Source of the DNA: Planctomycetota bacterium
GTDB lineage: Bacteria > Planctomycetota > B15-G4 > JADJEK01
Length of the DNA stretch: 64,000 nucleotides
Reading direction: 5' to 3'
Assembly (NCBI GenBank): GCA_044225365.1
Contig: JBGAIQ010000007.1
Span: 1-64,000, forward strand
Of the stretch, positions 9,383 to 19,838 are shown piece after piece; the stretch's first letter is position 1; every line of letters begins with the position of its first letter. Under the pieces are notes generated by a model. The model made no database searches. It saw only the letters and a program-made list of their open reading frames with translations, and was not told the DNA's origin. The translations under genes and the position numbers were made by a program.

Positions 9383-11683
9383 CTACGCGGACCGCTGGAA
9401 AAGCGCGAGCGCGGCGAGAGCGTAGAGTACGCCTGCCACCCCGAGCGCGGCGGAGAAGCCGAGCTCGAGCGCAAGGAAGGCGGCGAGTGGGCCCGCGATC
9501 GCGGACGCGACGCCATTCAGCACGATGGCCGGGCCGATCGCGATCGGATTCGAGTAGAGCCCCCGGAGAACGAGCGGGAACGGGATGCCGAGCGCGAACG
9601 CGGGCATGCCGAGGAAGAGGAGCACCGCGCAAACCCTCGCGGAGTCACTCGCGCCTACGACGGCATCGACGAGTTCCTGATGCCCGAACGTCAGGATGCC
9701 GATGACGAGAACGGCCGCGGCGAGCGCGGCGGACGCCGTGCGAGAGGTAGGCATTCGCTGCGAGTAATAGGCTCCGATCCCCGATCCGAGGAGCATTCCG
9801 GTGAGCACGACGGGAACCGCGCGCGCCGGATGCCCGAGCACGAGCGCGAGGCGCGACATCAAGGGGACTTCGACGCTCACGTACGCGAGCCCGAGCAGGA
9901 CGACCGCGGAAGCAAGTCGCGCCGATAGGTTCGAACGCTTCGAGACCCAGATCGCGAGTGGAACGCCGAGCAGGAGGAGACAGAGCAGGGTGATCGCGAG
10001 GACCTCGAGCCCTCCGAGACGATCGTGGATCCAGTCGCCTGCGGTGCGGAACACTCGGGAGAGTTTCGTTGTCTCGAAGAAGAACGGCTCGTCGTCCGTG
10101 CACGGTTCGATGCGGTACGGCCACCCAGCGATGAAGGCTTCGCGCGTCGCGTCATCGAAGACTGCTTTGAATCGGTCGTCGGTGAACATCCCCGGCGAAT
10201 GGACCAGCTCTAGCCCTCGTGGCTCTTGAGCCGTGAGCACGGCTTCGGTCTCGGGCACGGTGAACTCGCCGTTCTTGACGAGGGTGACCGAGTTCATCGC
10301 GGTATGGCCGATGATGATCTGGCGCGCGGGGTCTTTTGCGCCGAGTTCGCGCAGAGCTCGTTCGATCGTGAGGGCGAGTCGGAGTGTCTGGCGGGGCGGC
10401 TCGTACCACCAGCGCGTGAAGGTTAGGATCCCACCCGGAGCGAGTCGTTGGATCCAGTCCTTCATCGCCTCCACGGTGTAGAGGTAGTTCTCGGAGAGTG
10501 CGAAGGCTCCGGCTTCGGTTGCGGCGAACGTGTCGACGCCGGTGAGCACGATTCGGTCGTAGAGTTGGTTCGAGTTCGCTGCGAAATGACGGCCTTCGGC
10601 GACGTGGACGGAGACCTCGGGTCGGTCGTAGAGCCCACCCGAGAATTCTCGGTACACACCTCGCACGGCGTTCACGATGAGCGGGTTGATCTCGACGGCA
10701 TCGACGTGGCCTGCACCGAAATGCAGGGCGGCCGCGACGTCGACTCCGCCGCCTGCACCGATGACGAGCGATTGGAACCCCTTCTTCGCCCCGACGTAGG
10801 CGAGGGTCGCCGGGTAGAACTCGAAGAAGTACTCTTCGGCGGGCGCCGCGAAGTGGAGGATCGAGGTGATCGCCCAGGCGTCGATTGCGATGCCGATCGA
10901 TTGTGGAAGAGCGCCGCTGAAGCGACCGGCGACGTCCCAGAGGCCGTGACGCTCGGGATTGTCGTAGAACGTGACCCGCGAGAATGCATTCCACTCCTCC
11001 CTCTGGACCTGGCGCTCTTCGAGCTTCGGAAAGTGCTTCGCGCTGCGCATGGGCAGGAGATCGTTCGGCGCGACGAAACTCGCGACCGCGAGGATCACGG
11101 CGGCGAGGCCGCTCGAGACGAGCGCGCGGCGCGGCACCGGAACGAGGGGAAGCAATGCGACGAGAGCCAGAGCCCGCGGCGCACCGATGAGGTCCATTCC
11201 GAAGTAGCCGATGACGGCGCCGATCGCTCCGCCTGCGAACGTCGAGGCGTAGGTGGTGGAAACGAGACTTTCGCCGCGAGCCATCGCGGCGGCGAATACG
11301 GCACCGAGGAAACAAAAGGGGACCGCGAGGAGAGCGGCAATCGTGAATAGCTTCGCGGCTTCGAACGGAACCGTGAGGAGATCGCGTGCCTCGATCGGAA
11401 TTCGCAACACGATGAGGAGCACGGCGAAGGCGGAGAGGGCGGCCCACGGAAGGGGCGACGCGGGTTCGACCTCGCGACCCTGCCTCTTGCGCACCAACAC
11501 GAACGCGGCGCCTACCGCAGTTCCGAGCATCGCCAAACTGACGACGAAGAAACCGAGGTGGTACCACAGCACGACGGAGAAGACTCTTGGGAGGATGACC
11601 TGAAGTGCAAGTGCCGTCGCCATCGCGGCGCATGCAACGCCGCCGTCGTTCCGTCGTCCGCCGTCGACTGGAGTCGTCGTCAT
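9383..11683 (-). CDS. Membrane protein with spermidine-synthase-like SAM-dependent methyltransferase domain
   Basis: N- and C-terminal transmembrane blocks flank LVIGAGGGVDV, DAVEINP, AEGRHF, ENYLYTVEA and TDDEPFF motifs. Start approximate. Confidence 0.85.
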   Translation of the reverse strand: MTTTPVDGGRRNDGGVACAAMATALALQVILPRVFSVVLWYHLGFFVVSLAMLGTAVGAAFVLVRKRQGREVEPASPLPWAALSAFAVLLIVLRIPIEARDLLTVPFEAAKLFTIAALLAVPFCFLGAVFAAAMARGESLVSTTYASTFAGGAIGAVIGYFGMDLIGAPRALALVALLPLVPVPRRALVSSGLAAVILAVASFVAPNDLLPMRSAKHFPKLEERQVQREEWNAFSRVTFYDNPERHGLWDVAGRFSGALPQSIGIAIDAWAITSILHFAAPAEEYFFEFYPATLAYVGAKKGFQSLVIGAGGGVDVAAALHFGAGHVDAVEINPLIVNAVRGVYREFSGGLYDRPEVSVHVAEGRHFAANSNQLYDRIVLTGVDTFAATEAGAFALSENYLYTVEAMKDWIQRLAPGGILTFTRWWYEPPRQTLRLALTIERALRELGAKDPARQIIIGHTAMNSVTLVKNGEFTVPETEAVLTAQEPRGLELVHSPGMFTDDRFKAVFDDATREAFIAGWPYRIEPCTDDEPFFFETTKLSRVFRTAGDWIHDRLGGLEVLAITLLCLLLLGVPLAIWVSKRSNLSARLASAVVLLGLAYVSVEVPLMSRLALVLGHPARAVPVVLTGMLLGSGIGAYYSQRMPTSRTASAALAAAVLVIGILTFGHQELVDAVVGASDSARVCAVLLFLGMPAFALGIPFPLVLRGLYSNPIAIGPAIVLNGVASAIAGPLAAFLALELGFSAALGVAGVLYALAALALFQRSA

Positions 11684-11810
11684 TTCGTCGTCTTGCACGT
11701 GGAGCCGAAGCGATCGGAGACGCTGCGCCGCGCTCCCGAAGTCTCGATCGAAGGTGAGGCCGATCCCTCGTGAGCCCGATGGACCGCACGGAGGTGGCCG
11801 CGAGAATAGC

Positions 11811-11860
11811 GATCCCCCGGTCCGGTTTCGACATTGGATTCGAAACCGAACCGGGGGATC
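11811..11860. repeat. 21-bp intergenic inverted repeat (1 mismatch, 8-nt loop)
   Basis: GATCCCCCGGTCCGGTTTCGA-cattggat-TCGAAACCGAACCGGGGGATC. Confidence 0.85.
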
Positions 11861-11914
11861 CATTCACTCGGGCGCGACGTACGATCGGTCGCGCCGCGAA
11901 TCCGCGACTCGAGA

Positions 11915-14407
11915 TCAGTTCTTCTTGATCTCGAGCGCCTTGTCCACGTCGGCGACGATGTCGATGAGATGTGCCCGCATCGTTCGATCGTCCTTCGTGG
12001 CTTCGAGCGCCGCGCTCGCGAGATCGCGAATCGTCATCAGTTCGACGCGAGCGAGTGCGGAATCATCGTTGCCGGCGTCCTCCGAGCCCGCCTTCGCGAT
12101 GAGCAGGTCGAGGAACGACCGCTGCAGATTGCGTCGCTGCAGCGACACGCTCACCGGCCGCTCGGAGAGTTCACGGAAGATCGCGGAGCGTAGGTCGAGC
12201 ATCAGGTCGGCGGGCGTATACGCGCCCGGAGTTCCCTGCGCATGTTCCGCCATGCGAGCAAGGCGACCCGAGTTCAGCAGGGAGCTGAGGACTCGCGACT
12301 GCGAGGAGAGGAGTCGCGAGGGCGCTCCCGACTTCTGGATGCGATCGAGGATCTCCGGGCGATCGATCCATGCCGGGGTCTCGAAGAGGTTCGCGATGAG
12401 GAATGCCACCGCGCGCTTCTGCTCGTCGGCGGGGGCGGGATCGTAGATGCGTTCGCCCTGGCCGTAGCGGATATCGTGTCCGCGTAGGCCGCCGATCACG
12501 TTCGCGACGTGACCGAGTTCACGGTCGAGCTGGCCCATCATCTCGCCGTAGAATTCGCCGAGCAGTTCGAAGTCCTCGCCGTCCTTGCAACACGCCGGGA
12601 TCAAGAGATCCGCCACGCGCTTCAAGTTGGCGATGCCCATCTCCGTCGCCTTCACGGGGTCGGAGCCGAGATCCTCGGTCTGCTGCGACGGATCCTCGAA
12701 CGGATCGGGATCGCCGAAGCGAACGGTCGGATCCGTGTTCTGACGTTCGCAGATCTTCGCGAGCAGAGGCTTGTCCTCCGCCGCACTCTTGGTGCCCGGG
12801 AACTGCTTGTAACCCCACTCGATCGCGAAGTAGTCGTACGGCGCGAGCAGCGGAACGAGGCGCGCGCCGTCACCCGGTTGCGCGACGTAGTTGAAGCGGC
12901 CGTAGTCCATGATCGACGCCTCGGTGCCGTACTTCTCGGTGAACTCCTTGCTCCGGAGCTGTTCCACCGTGTAGGCGGAACTCGCCTTCATATTGTGGCG
13001 AAGGCCGAGGCTATGTCCGACCTCGTGCGTCACGACGTAGGCCAGGATCTCGCCGATGAGGTCGTCGGGCAACGGCAGCTTCTGAGCGCGCGGATCGAGC
13101 GGTCCCACCTGGACGAAGTACCACGACGTGAGGAGCTTCAGTACGTTGTGCCAGATCAGGATGTCGGCGTCGAGGATCTCGCCCGTTCGCGGATCGGAGA
13201 CGTGCGGACCCATCGCGTTCTCGATGGTCGACGGCAGCCAGCGTATCGTCGCGTAGCGAGCGTCCTCGGCGTCCCAGTCCGGATCCTCGCGACGCGACGG
13301 CGCGTCGAGACAGCGGATCGCATCCTTGAACCCGGCCTTCTCGAAGACCGGCTTCCAGGCCTCGACGCCCTTCTTGATGTACGGCTTCCACTTCGCCGGA
13401 ACCTCGCGACCGACGTAGAACGTGATCGGAGTGATCGGTTCGCTGACCTCCGCGTTCGGGTCCTTCTTCTCGAGACGCCAGCGCGAGACGTACTCCACCG
13501 GCTTCACCCGGTGCTCGTTCGTGCCGAAGTCCTGGAAGTTCTCACCGAAGTATCCGACGCGCGAGTCCGCCTCGCGGGGGCGCATCGGCTTCTCCGGGAG
13601 GAGGATCATGCTGTGGTGGACCTGAACGGTGACCGCCGACAATGTCGGATCGGTGCGCGACGCCAGGTCGGGAATCGGACCGCGCCCGACTCCGGGTCCA
13701 CCGCCACCGCCCACGCGGTACGTCGCGAGGACCTTCGTCTCGAGGTTGCGCGGAAACGCCTTGAAGTCATCGAGGAAGCTGCGGTCCTTGTCCATGCCCT
13801 GAGCATTCAGTTGCTTACCGGGGCCGAACTCGGAGGAGTCGGAGAAGAACAGGTCCGTCACCTCGATGACCGGCGCCTGATCCTTGCCCCAGGCCTTGAT
13901 CGGGAACGAGCGAATGATCGGATCGACGCTCGTGTTCGCGACCGCTTCCTTGATCGGGTCGTCGATGTCGGCGCGGATCGAGAACTTCCGATCGCGCAAC
14001 AGGACCTTCTCGTCGCGGATCTCGAAGCGCACGACGCGATCCTGCACTTCGGTTCCGGAGTAGCCGTAGCCCGTGCCGGTCTGCGCGATCTCGGTGACCC
14101 AGAGGAAGTCATTGCCGAGCTGATCGCGTGGGATCTCGAAGAAGAGTTTGTCGTCGACCTTGTGATAGACGAACACGCCCTTCTTCGTCACGGCTCCGTC
14201 GGTGATGACGGTGTCGTACGGCTTGATGTCGCTCTTCTTCTCGTCCTTCTTCTTGCCGCCGCCTTCCTTCGGACCTTCTTTCGGTTTCTCACCTTCCTTC
14301 GGCGCCTCCTCGGGCGGCTTCTTCGGTTCGTCCTGCGTCGCGGCCCGCGCGACCATCGTCGAGCAGGGAACGAGGACGGCGAGACTCATCAGAGTGCGGC
14401 GAAGCAT
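11915..14407 (-). CDS. Secreted zinc-dependent metalloprotease (met-zincin, DUF5118/DUF5117/DUF4953 type)
   Basis: Signal peptide; DPRTGEIL, HEVGHSLGLRHN and SIMDY motifs. Confidence 0.92.
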   Translation of the reverse strand: MLRRTLMSLAVLVPCSTMVARAATQDEPKKPPEEAPKEGEKPKEGPKEGGGKKKDEKKSDIKPYDTVITDGAVTKKGVFVYHKVDDKLFFEIPRDQLGNDFLWVTEIAQTGTGYGYSGTEVQDRVVRFEIRDEKVLLRDRKFSIRADIDDPIKEAVANTSVDPIIRSFPIKAWGKDQAPVIEVTDLFFSDSSEFGPGKQLNAQGMDKDRSFLDDFKAFPRNLETKVLATYRVGGGGGPGVGRGPIPDLASRTDPTLSAVTVQVHHSMILLPEKPMRPREADSRVGYFGENFQDFGTNEHRVKPVEYVSRWRLEKKDPNAEVSEPITPITFYVGREVPAKWKPYIKKGVEAWKPVFEKAGFKDAIRCLDAPSRREDPDWDAEDARYATIRWLPSTIENAMGPHVSDPRTGEILDADILIWHNVLKLLTSWYFVQVGPLDPRAQKLPLPDDLIGEILAYVVTHEVGHSLGLRHNMKASSAYTVEQLRSKEFTEKYGTEASIMDYGRFNYVAQPGDGARLVPLLAPYDYFAIEWGYKQFPGTKSAAEDKPLLAKICERQNTDPTVRFGDPDPFEDPSQQTEDLGSDPVKATEMGIANLKRVADLLIPACCKDGEDFELLGEFYGEMMGQLDRELGHVANVIGGLRGHDIRYGQGERIYDPAPADEQKRAVAFLIANLFETPAWIDRPEILDRIQKSGAPSRLLSSQSRVLSSLLNSGRLARMAEHAQGTPGAYTPADLMLDLRSAIFRELSERPVSVSLQRRNLQRSFLDLLIAKAGSEDAGNDDSALARVELMTIRDLASAALEATKDDRTMRAHLIDIVADVDKALEIKKN

Positions 14408-17283
14408 CAGCGGGTTCCTTTCTTCTCGGACTTGTCTCCGGCGGAGCCGGATTCCTTGGGAGTCACAGCGACGACACTCGCGCGACCCGCTGCGAAGTAG
14501 CGCTTCGCGACGTCGGTGAGGTGCTTGGCGTCGAGCGACTGGTAGTAGGCCTCGGCGGTGAGCGCATCGTCGAGGGCGGTCGGAGTCGTGAACGTACGTT
14601 CGAGGGACTGCAGCCAGAAGGCATTCTGTCGTTTCTGGTCGCGCAGATCCTTGAGCAGCGGCTCGCGCAGACGCGAGACCTCTTCGTCGGTGATGCCGTC
14701 CTTGCCGAGCGATTCGCCGACTTCGACGACGGCCTTCGCGAGAGCGTCGACGCCCTTGGGATCGCCCTCGGCACGGATGACGAAACGGCCCATGCCCGGA
14801 TAGGTGGGACTCAGTTCGTCGTAGGCCTGGGGGCTGTAACTCGCGCCGAGCTTCTCACGCACGACGTTCAGGACTCGATCCTGGAGCACCCTGGCGAGGA
14901 AGTGTTGATCGCGGCGGCGGGACGGCTCGAGCGCGTCGTTGGCCTGGAAGAGTCCGAGCACGAGCGCGCCGGGAACCTTGGTATCGACTTGCGCGGTGAG
15001 TCTGGCGCCCGTCTTGAGTCGAGGCATTTCGAGTCGCTTGGGGTCGACTTGCCGCGCCCGACGCGACCCGAGATTGCCGAATGTTTGCGCGAGCCCGTTC
15101 ACCGCGGCGTCGACGTCGAAGTCACCGACCAACACCACCTGGATCGGTGCGGACTTGAATTGCGGCTCGATCCAAGCGCGCACCTGCTTCATGTCGATCG
15201 CCTGGACCTCGGCGAGAGATGGGGCGCCGAACCGAGGATCACCCGAGTAGAGCTCGCGCTCGAGTTGCATCGCATACGGGCCGTCCAGCGAGTGGCCGAG
15301 CGATTCGTACTGCTGGGGCACTTCCCGCAACAGCCGCAGCAGCCCGTCCTCGCGCCAGCCACAGTGCTCGATGCTCGCCGCGGCGAGTTCGAGGCAGGTC
15401 AGCAGGTCGTCGGTCGCCGAGGATCCGACGATCCCGAACGATGCGTCCGAGATGCCGAAGGAAACACTGACGGCCTTGCCCGCCAGGACTCGACGCAGTT
15501 GATCCTCGTCGTGGGCTTCGAGTCCGGCCCCGTTCACCGCATCCGCGGCAACGAATCGAAGTGCGCTGTCTTCGGGACGCGAAGACAGCTCGCCTTCACC
15601 GAACGAGACGGCGAGGCGCACTTCGCGCTGTTTGAAATCCGTCTTCTTCAGCTTGGCGACGACGCCGTTCTCGAAGATCACCTCCTCGACGTCGTGATTC
15701 GCGGTCGTCCGACTCGCGATCTTGCCCGCGTGCGCGGGATCCGAAGCGTAGGCGAACTTGCCGGCCGTGAGCTTCTCCGGCGCGGCGGGAACCTGCTTCT
15801 CGCTCTCGGCGAGAAGACTCTCGAGAACCGTTGCAGCGTCGTTGCCGAGATCGACATTGCCAAGACACTGCATGCCGAGCTTCCCCTCGGTCGCGGCCTT
15901 CGCGAGAGCCGCCTTGCAAGCCTCGGGAGTGAGTTCGGCGTACGCCGGTTTCAGGATGTCTCGAATCGTCGCGGAGGCTGCGGGCACGACGGGATTCTCC
16001 GCGGCCGCCGCGAGATCCTGCGCGTAGGATTGCGAGCTGCGTGTCTTCTCGCGCTTCACCGCCTCGTCGAGCGCGCGCGTACGTTCGGCTCGTTGAACGC
16101 GCAACTCCTCGTCCTGGAATCCGAACTCGATCGCGCCCCGGAACTCGAGTTCGGCCGCCTTGAACGCGTCCTGCCATTTCTTGGGCTCGGCCGCGAGACT
16201 GAGAGTCAGTCCGCGGTAGACACCGTCGAGCGCACCGTAGCGAGCAGCGGCGCCGAGGTAGGGCGCCTTGCCGGCCTTCGACTTCTCGGCGAACCTTCGG
16301 TTCAGCATCGAGCAGGCGGTATTGAGTGCGAGGTCCTTAGTGAGCGTCGCCTTGTCGAACGGACGGTCGACGAATTCGGAGTAGTGACCGTACTCGACCT
16401 GCACGACCGGGATCTCGGCCTCCGACCGGTTGTAGAACGGCTTCTCATACGTCGGCTTGCCGAGGGCGGGCTCGGCGGGGCGCGCTGAGTTCGGCGTGAC
16501 GAGGGAACCGAACATCTCCTGGATGATCGGCGTCGGGTCGAGGTCGCCGAGATCTCCGACGAGGATGAGGGTCATGTTGTCGGGCCGATACCACTTCGAG
16601 TAGAAGGCGCGGACCGATTCGGCGGAGAACTTGTCGCGCATCTCCTTCTTTCCGATCGGAATTCGGAGTGCGAGGCGCGAGCCTGCGAAGAAATCCTGGA
16701 GGGTCTTGATGCCGAGGCGCGCCGCGGCGGAGTCGCGTTCGCGCTCCTCGCCGTCGATGACGCCCTTCTCGGCGTCGATCTCCTTCTGCGAGAGGGTGAG
16801 GCGACCCGCCATGTCGGAGAGCACGGTCAGTCCCTCGCGGACCATCTTGGCATCGGACGACGGAAGATTGAGGGTGTAGACCGTTTCCGAGAACGCGGTG
16901 TGCGCGTTGGAATCCGCGCCGAAATCGAGCCCGTGCTCCTGGAGCCACTGGATCAGCGTTCCGGCGGGGAAGTGCTCGCTGCCGTTGAACGCCATGTGCT
17001 CGAGGAAGTGCGCCATTCCCTGCTCGGAATCGTCCTCGGCGAGCGATCCGACATCGACATGGAGCCATGCGTAGCAGCGGTCCTTCGGTTCGCCATTCTT
17101 GCGCCAGGCGTAGCGCATGCCGTTCTGGAGAGCCCCGAAGTGCGTGCCGGGATCGGCGGGAATGTCGGACGTCTCGTGTTCCCACGCTCGGGGCTTGACG
17201 GCGGCGCCATCGGTCTTGTCGGTGGCGAAGGCCGTGGTGGAAGCGAGCAGGACCGCGCAGAGGGCGGTTCGCGGAAGATGCAT
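14407..17283 (-). CDS. Secreted M16 family zinc peptidase (PqqL-like)
   Basis: GMAHFLEHMAFNGS inverted zincin, four-domain length and REKLGASYS. Stop overlaps the next start (TGATG). Confidence 0.93.
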   Translation of the reverse strand: MHLPRTALCAVLLASTTAFATDKTDGAAVKPRAWEHETSDIPADPGTHFGALQNGMRYAWRKNGEPKDRCYAWLHVDVGSLAEDDSEQGMAHFLEHMAFNGSEHFPAGTLIQWLQEHGLDFGADSNAHTAFSETVYTLNLPSSDAKMVREGLTVLSDMAGRLTLSQKEIDAEKGVIDGEERERDSAAARLGIKTLQDFFAGSRLALRIPIGKKEMRDKFSAESVRAFYSKWYRPDNMTLILVGDLGDLDPTPIIQEMFGSLVTPNSARPAEPALGKPTYEKPFYNRSEAEIPVVQVEYGHYSEFVDRPFDKATLTKDLALNTACSMLNRRFAEKSKAGKAPYLGAAARYGALDGVYRGLTLSLAAEPKKWQDAFKAAELEFRGAIEFGFQDEELRVQRAERTRALDEAVKREKTRSSQSYAQDLAAAAENPVVPAASATIRDILKPAYAELTPEACKAALAKAATEGKLGMQCLGNVDLGNDAATVLESLLAESEKQVPAAPEKLTAGKFAYASDPAHAGKIASRTTANHDVEEVIFENGVVAKLKKTDFKQREVRLAVSFGEGELSSRPEDSALRFVAADAVNGAGLEAHDEDQLRRVLAGKAVSVSFGISDASFGIVGSSATDDLLTCLELAAASIEHCGWREDGLLRLLREVPQQYESLGHSLDGPYAMQLERELYSGDPRFGAPSLAEVQAIDMKQVRAWIEPQFKSAPIQVVLVGDFDVDAAVNGLAQTFGNLGSRRARQVDPKRLEMPRLKTGARLTAQVDTKVPGALVLGLFQANDALEPSRRRDQHFLARVLQDRVLNVVREKLGASYSPQAYDELSPTYPGMGRFVIRAEGDPKGVDALAKAVVEVGESLGKDGITDEEVSRLREPLLKDLRDQKRQNAFWLQSLERTFTTPTALDDALTAEAYYQSLDAKHLTDVAKRYFAAGRASVVAVTPKESGSAGDKSEKKGTR

Positions 17284-17473
17284 CGAAAGGGCGCTCCAGA
17301 ACGAGGGGAGGAACGGATTGCGCGCGTTGGTGGCGCGGCGGATACCGTGGACCGTTCCGTTCTACCAAAACGAAGGCAACGTGGCAGTCGTTGGAGAGTC
17401 CTTCCGGGAGAGAAGCGTTCGCATGGGCCGCCCTTTGCTTATGCTCTCCCCGCAATTCCCGACGAGGTGATGA

Positions 17474-19747
17474 ATGCGCATCGCGTGCATGGGCGGCGGA
17501 CCCGGCAGTTTGTATTTCGCCATCCTGATGAAGAAGCGTTTCCCGGGACACTCGATCACGGTCTACGAACGCAACAAGAGCAACGACACGTTCGGGTTCG
17601 GCGTCGTCTTCTCCAAGGAGACTCTCGGAGGACTCGGGGCGGCGGATCCGGAGTCGTACCGTCGGATCGAGGACAGCTTCTCGTACTGGGACGACATCGA
17701 CACCTTCATCCACGGTGAGAAGGTAACGACGACCGGGCACGGATTCTGTGGCTTGGCGCGACAACGCTTGCTCGACATCCTGCAGAAGCGGGCGATCGAA
17801 CTCGGCGTCGACGTTCGCTTCGAGACCGAGGTCACCGATCTCGAACCGCACCTCCGCAACGATCTGATCTTCGCTTGCGACGGCGTGAACAGCCGGATTC
17901 GCGAGACGTACAAGGAATCGTTCCAGCCGTCGATCGAGTGGGGCAAGTGCCGATTCTCATGGCTCGGCACGACGCGCCCCCTCACCGCGTTCACATTCTT
18001 CTATCGCGAGACGCAGCACGGACTCTTCCAGGTCCACGCCTATCCCTTCGAGAAAGGGGGTGCGGGCGAGAAGAAGACGTCGACGTTCATCGTGGAGTGC
18101 CACGAGGACACGTGGCTTCGAGCCGGCCTCGATCGCGCGACCGAGGAAGAGACGGTCGCCTACTGCGAGCGGGCATTCGCGCAGGAACTGGAGGGGCATC
18201 GGTTGCTCGGCAATCGCTCGATCTGGCGATCGTTCCCGACGATTCGCAACGAGTGTTGGCGCGCCGGCAACATCCTGCTCGCGGGCGACGCCGCGCACAC
18301 CGCGCACTTCTCGATCGGATCAGGCACGAAGCTCGCGATGGAAGATTCCATCGCGCTCGCTTCGGTGTTCGACCGGATGGGGTGCGAGGACGTGCCCGCA
18401 GCGCTCGCGCAGTACGAAACGGAACGGCGACCCGAGGTGGAGCGTTTGCAACGGACCGCGGCCGTGAGTCGCCAGTGGTACGAGAACACGCGACGCTACT
18501 TTCGCCAGCATCCCATCCAATTCACTTTCAACCAGACGACTCGCAGCAAACGGATCACGTGGGACAATCTCGCCAAGCGCGATCCCGAGTTCGTGGGACG
18601 AGTGCGTTCGTGGTTCGCGGCGGAGGCGAAGGCGCCGGTGCAGAGCGACGGGAAACCGCCGGTCGCCGCGTTCACGCCGTTCCAGTTGCGCGGACTCACC
18701 CTGAACAACCGCATCGTCGTTTCACCGATGTGCATGTACTCGGCGGTCGACGGTCTCGTGAACGACTGGCATCTCGTGCACCTGGGGAGTCGCGCGGTCG
18801 GTGGCGCAGGACTCGTGATCGCGGAGGCGACTGGAATCTCCGCCGATGGCCGGATCACCCCAGGTTGCGCCGGATTGTACGAGGAGCGTCACGTGGGCGC
18901 GTGGCGGCGGATCGTCGAGTTCGTGCATCGGAACAGCTCGGCCAAGATCGCGATGCAGATCGGCCACGCGGGGAGGAAGGGGAGTTGTCGTGTCCCGTTC
19001 GAAAAGGGCTACGACGTTCCCCTCGAGACGGGCGCATGGCCCATCTATGCGCCGTCGGCGATCCCGTTCGATGAGAAGATGCAGACTCCGCGGGCGATGG
19101 AGCGCGCCGACATGGATCGCGTACGCGGCGCGTTCGTTCGTTCCGCGAAGTTCGCGCTCGAGGCGGGTTTCGACCTCCTCGAACTGCATTACGCCCATGG
19201 TTATCTGATGTCGTCCTTCATCTCGCCGTTGTCGAACAAGCGCACGGATGAATACGGCGGCAGCATCGAGAATCGAATGCGTTTCCCGCTCGAGGTGTTC
19301 GACGCGGTACGGGCGGCGTGGCCGTCGAACATGCCGGTCGCGGTGCGGATCTCCGCGACGGACTGGACCGACGACGGACTCACCGGTGAAGACATGGTGA
19401 CGGTTGCGACGCTCCTGAAGGAGCGCGGCTGCGACGCGATCGACGTCTCCGCGGGAGGAACGAGCACGCGAGGCAAGCCGGTCTACGGTCGCATGTTCCA
19501 GTTGCCGTTCGCGGATCGGATCCGCCATGAGGCGAAGATCCCGGTGATGTCGGTCGGCAACATCCAGGACGTCGATCAGGTGAACACGATCGTCGCGGCG
19601 GGACGTGCCGATCTCTGCGTCATCGCGCGCGGTCATCTCCGCGATCCATACCTCGCGAATCACGCCGCCTTGCAGTACGGTTTCGTCGATCAGCCGTGGC
19701 CAAAGCAGTATCTGGCGGTTCGGAACTTCGAGCGAGGCGCGTCGTGA
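17474..19747 (+). CDS. Bifunctional salicylyl-CoA 5-hydroxylase / 2-aminobenzoyl-CoA monooxygenase-reductase
   Basis: N-terminal flavin monooxygenase ([40 protein letters not shown]) fused to an OYE-type domain ([16 protein letters not shown]). Confidence 0.93.
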   Translation: MRIACMGGGPGSLYFAILMKKRFPGHSITVYERNKSNDTFGFGVVFSKETLGGLGAADPESYRRIEDSFSYWDDIDTFIHGEKVTTTGHGFCGLARQRLLDILQKRAIELGVDVRFETEVTDLEPHLRNDLIFACDGVNSRIRETYKESFQPSIEWGKCRFSWLGTTRPLTAFTFFYRETQHGLFQVHAYPFEKGGAGEKKTSTFIVECHEDTWLRAGLDRATEEETVAYCERAFAQELEGHRLLGNRSIWRSFPTIRNECWRAGNILLAGDAAHTAHFSIGSGTKLAMEDSIALASVFDRMGCEDVPAALAQYETERRPEVERLQRTAAVSRQWYENTRRYFRQHPIQFTFNQTTRSKRITWDNLAKRDPEFVGRVRSWFAAEAKAPVQSDGKPPVAAFTPFQLRGLTLNNRIVVSPMCMYSAVDGLVNDWHLVHLGSRAVGGAGLVIAEATGISADGRITPGCAGLYEERHVGAWRRIVEFVHRNSSAKIAMQIGHAGRKGSCRVPFEKGYDVPLETGAWPIYAPSAIPFDEKMQTPRAMERADMDRVRGAFVRSAKFALEAGFDLLELHYAHGYLMSSFISPLSNKRTDEYGGSIENRMRFPLEVFDAVRAAWPSNMPVAVRISATDWTDDGLTGEDMVTVATLLKERGCDAIDVSAGGTSTRGKPVYGRMFQLPFADRIRHEAKIPVMSVGNIQDVDQVNTIVAAGRADLCVIARGHLRDPYLANHAALQYGFVDQPWPKQYLAVRNFERGAS

Positions 19748-19838
19748 AATAGCGCCGCCGCGGACTCTTCGTTCGGAGGCGTCCGCGGCGGCGTCGAGAG
19801 CTACGCGCTCTCGAAGAACTTGAGGTGAGTTGCTTTGA

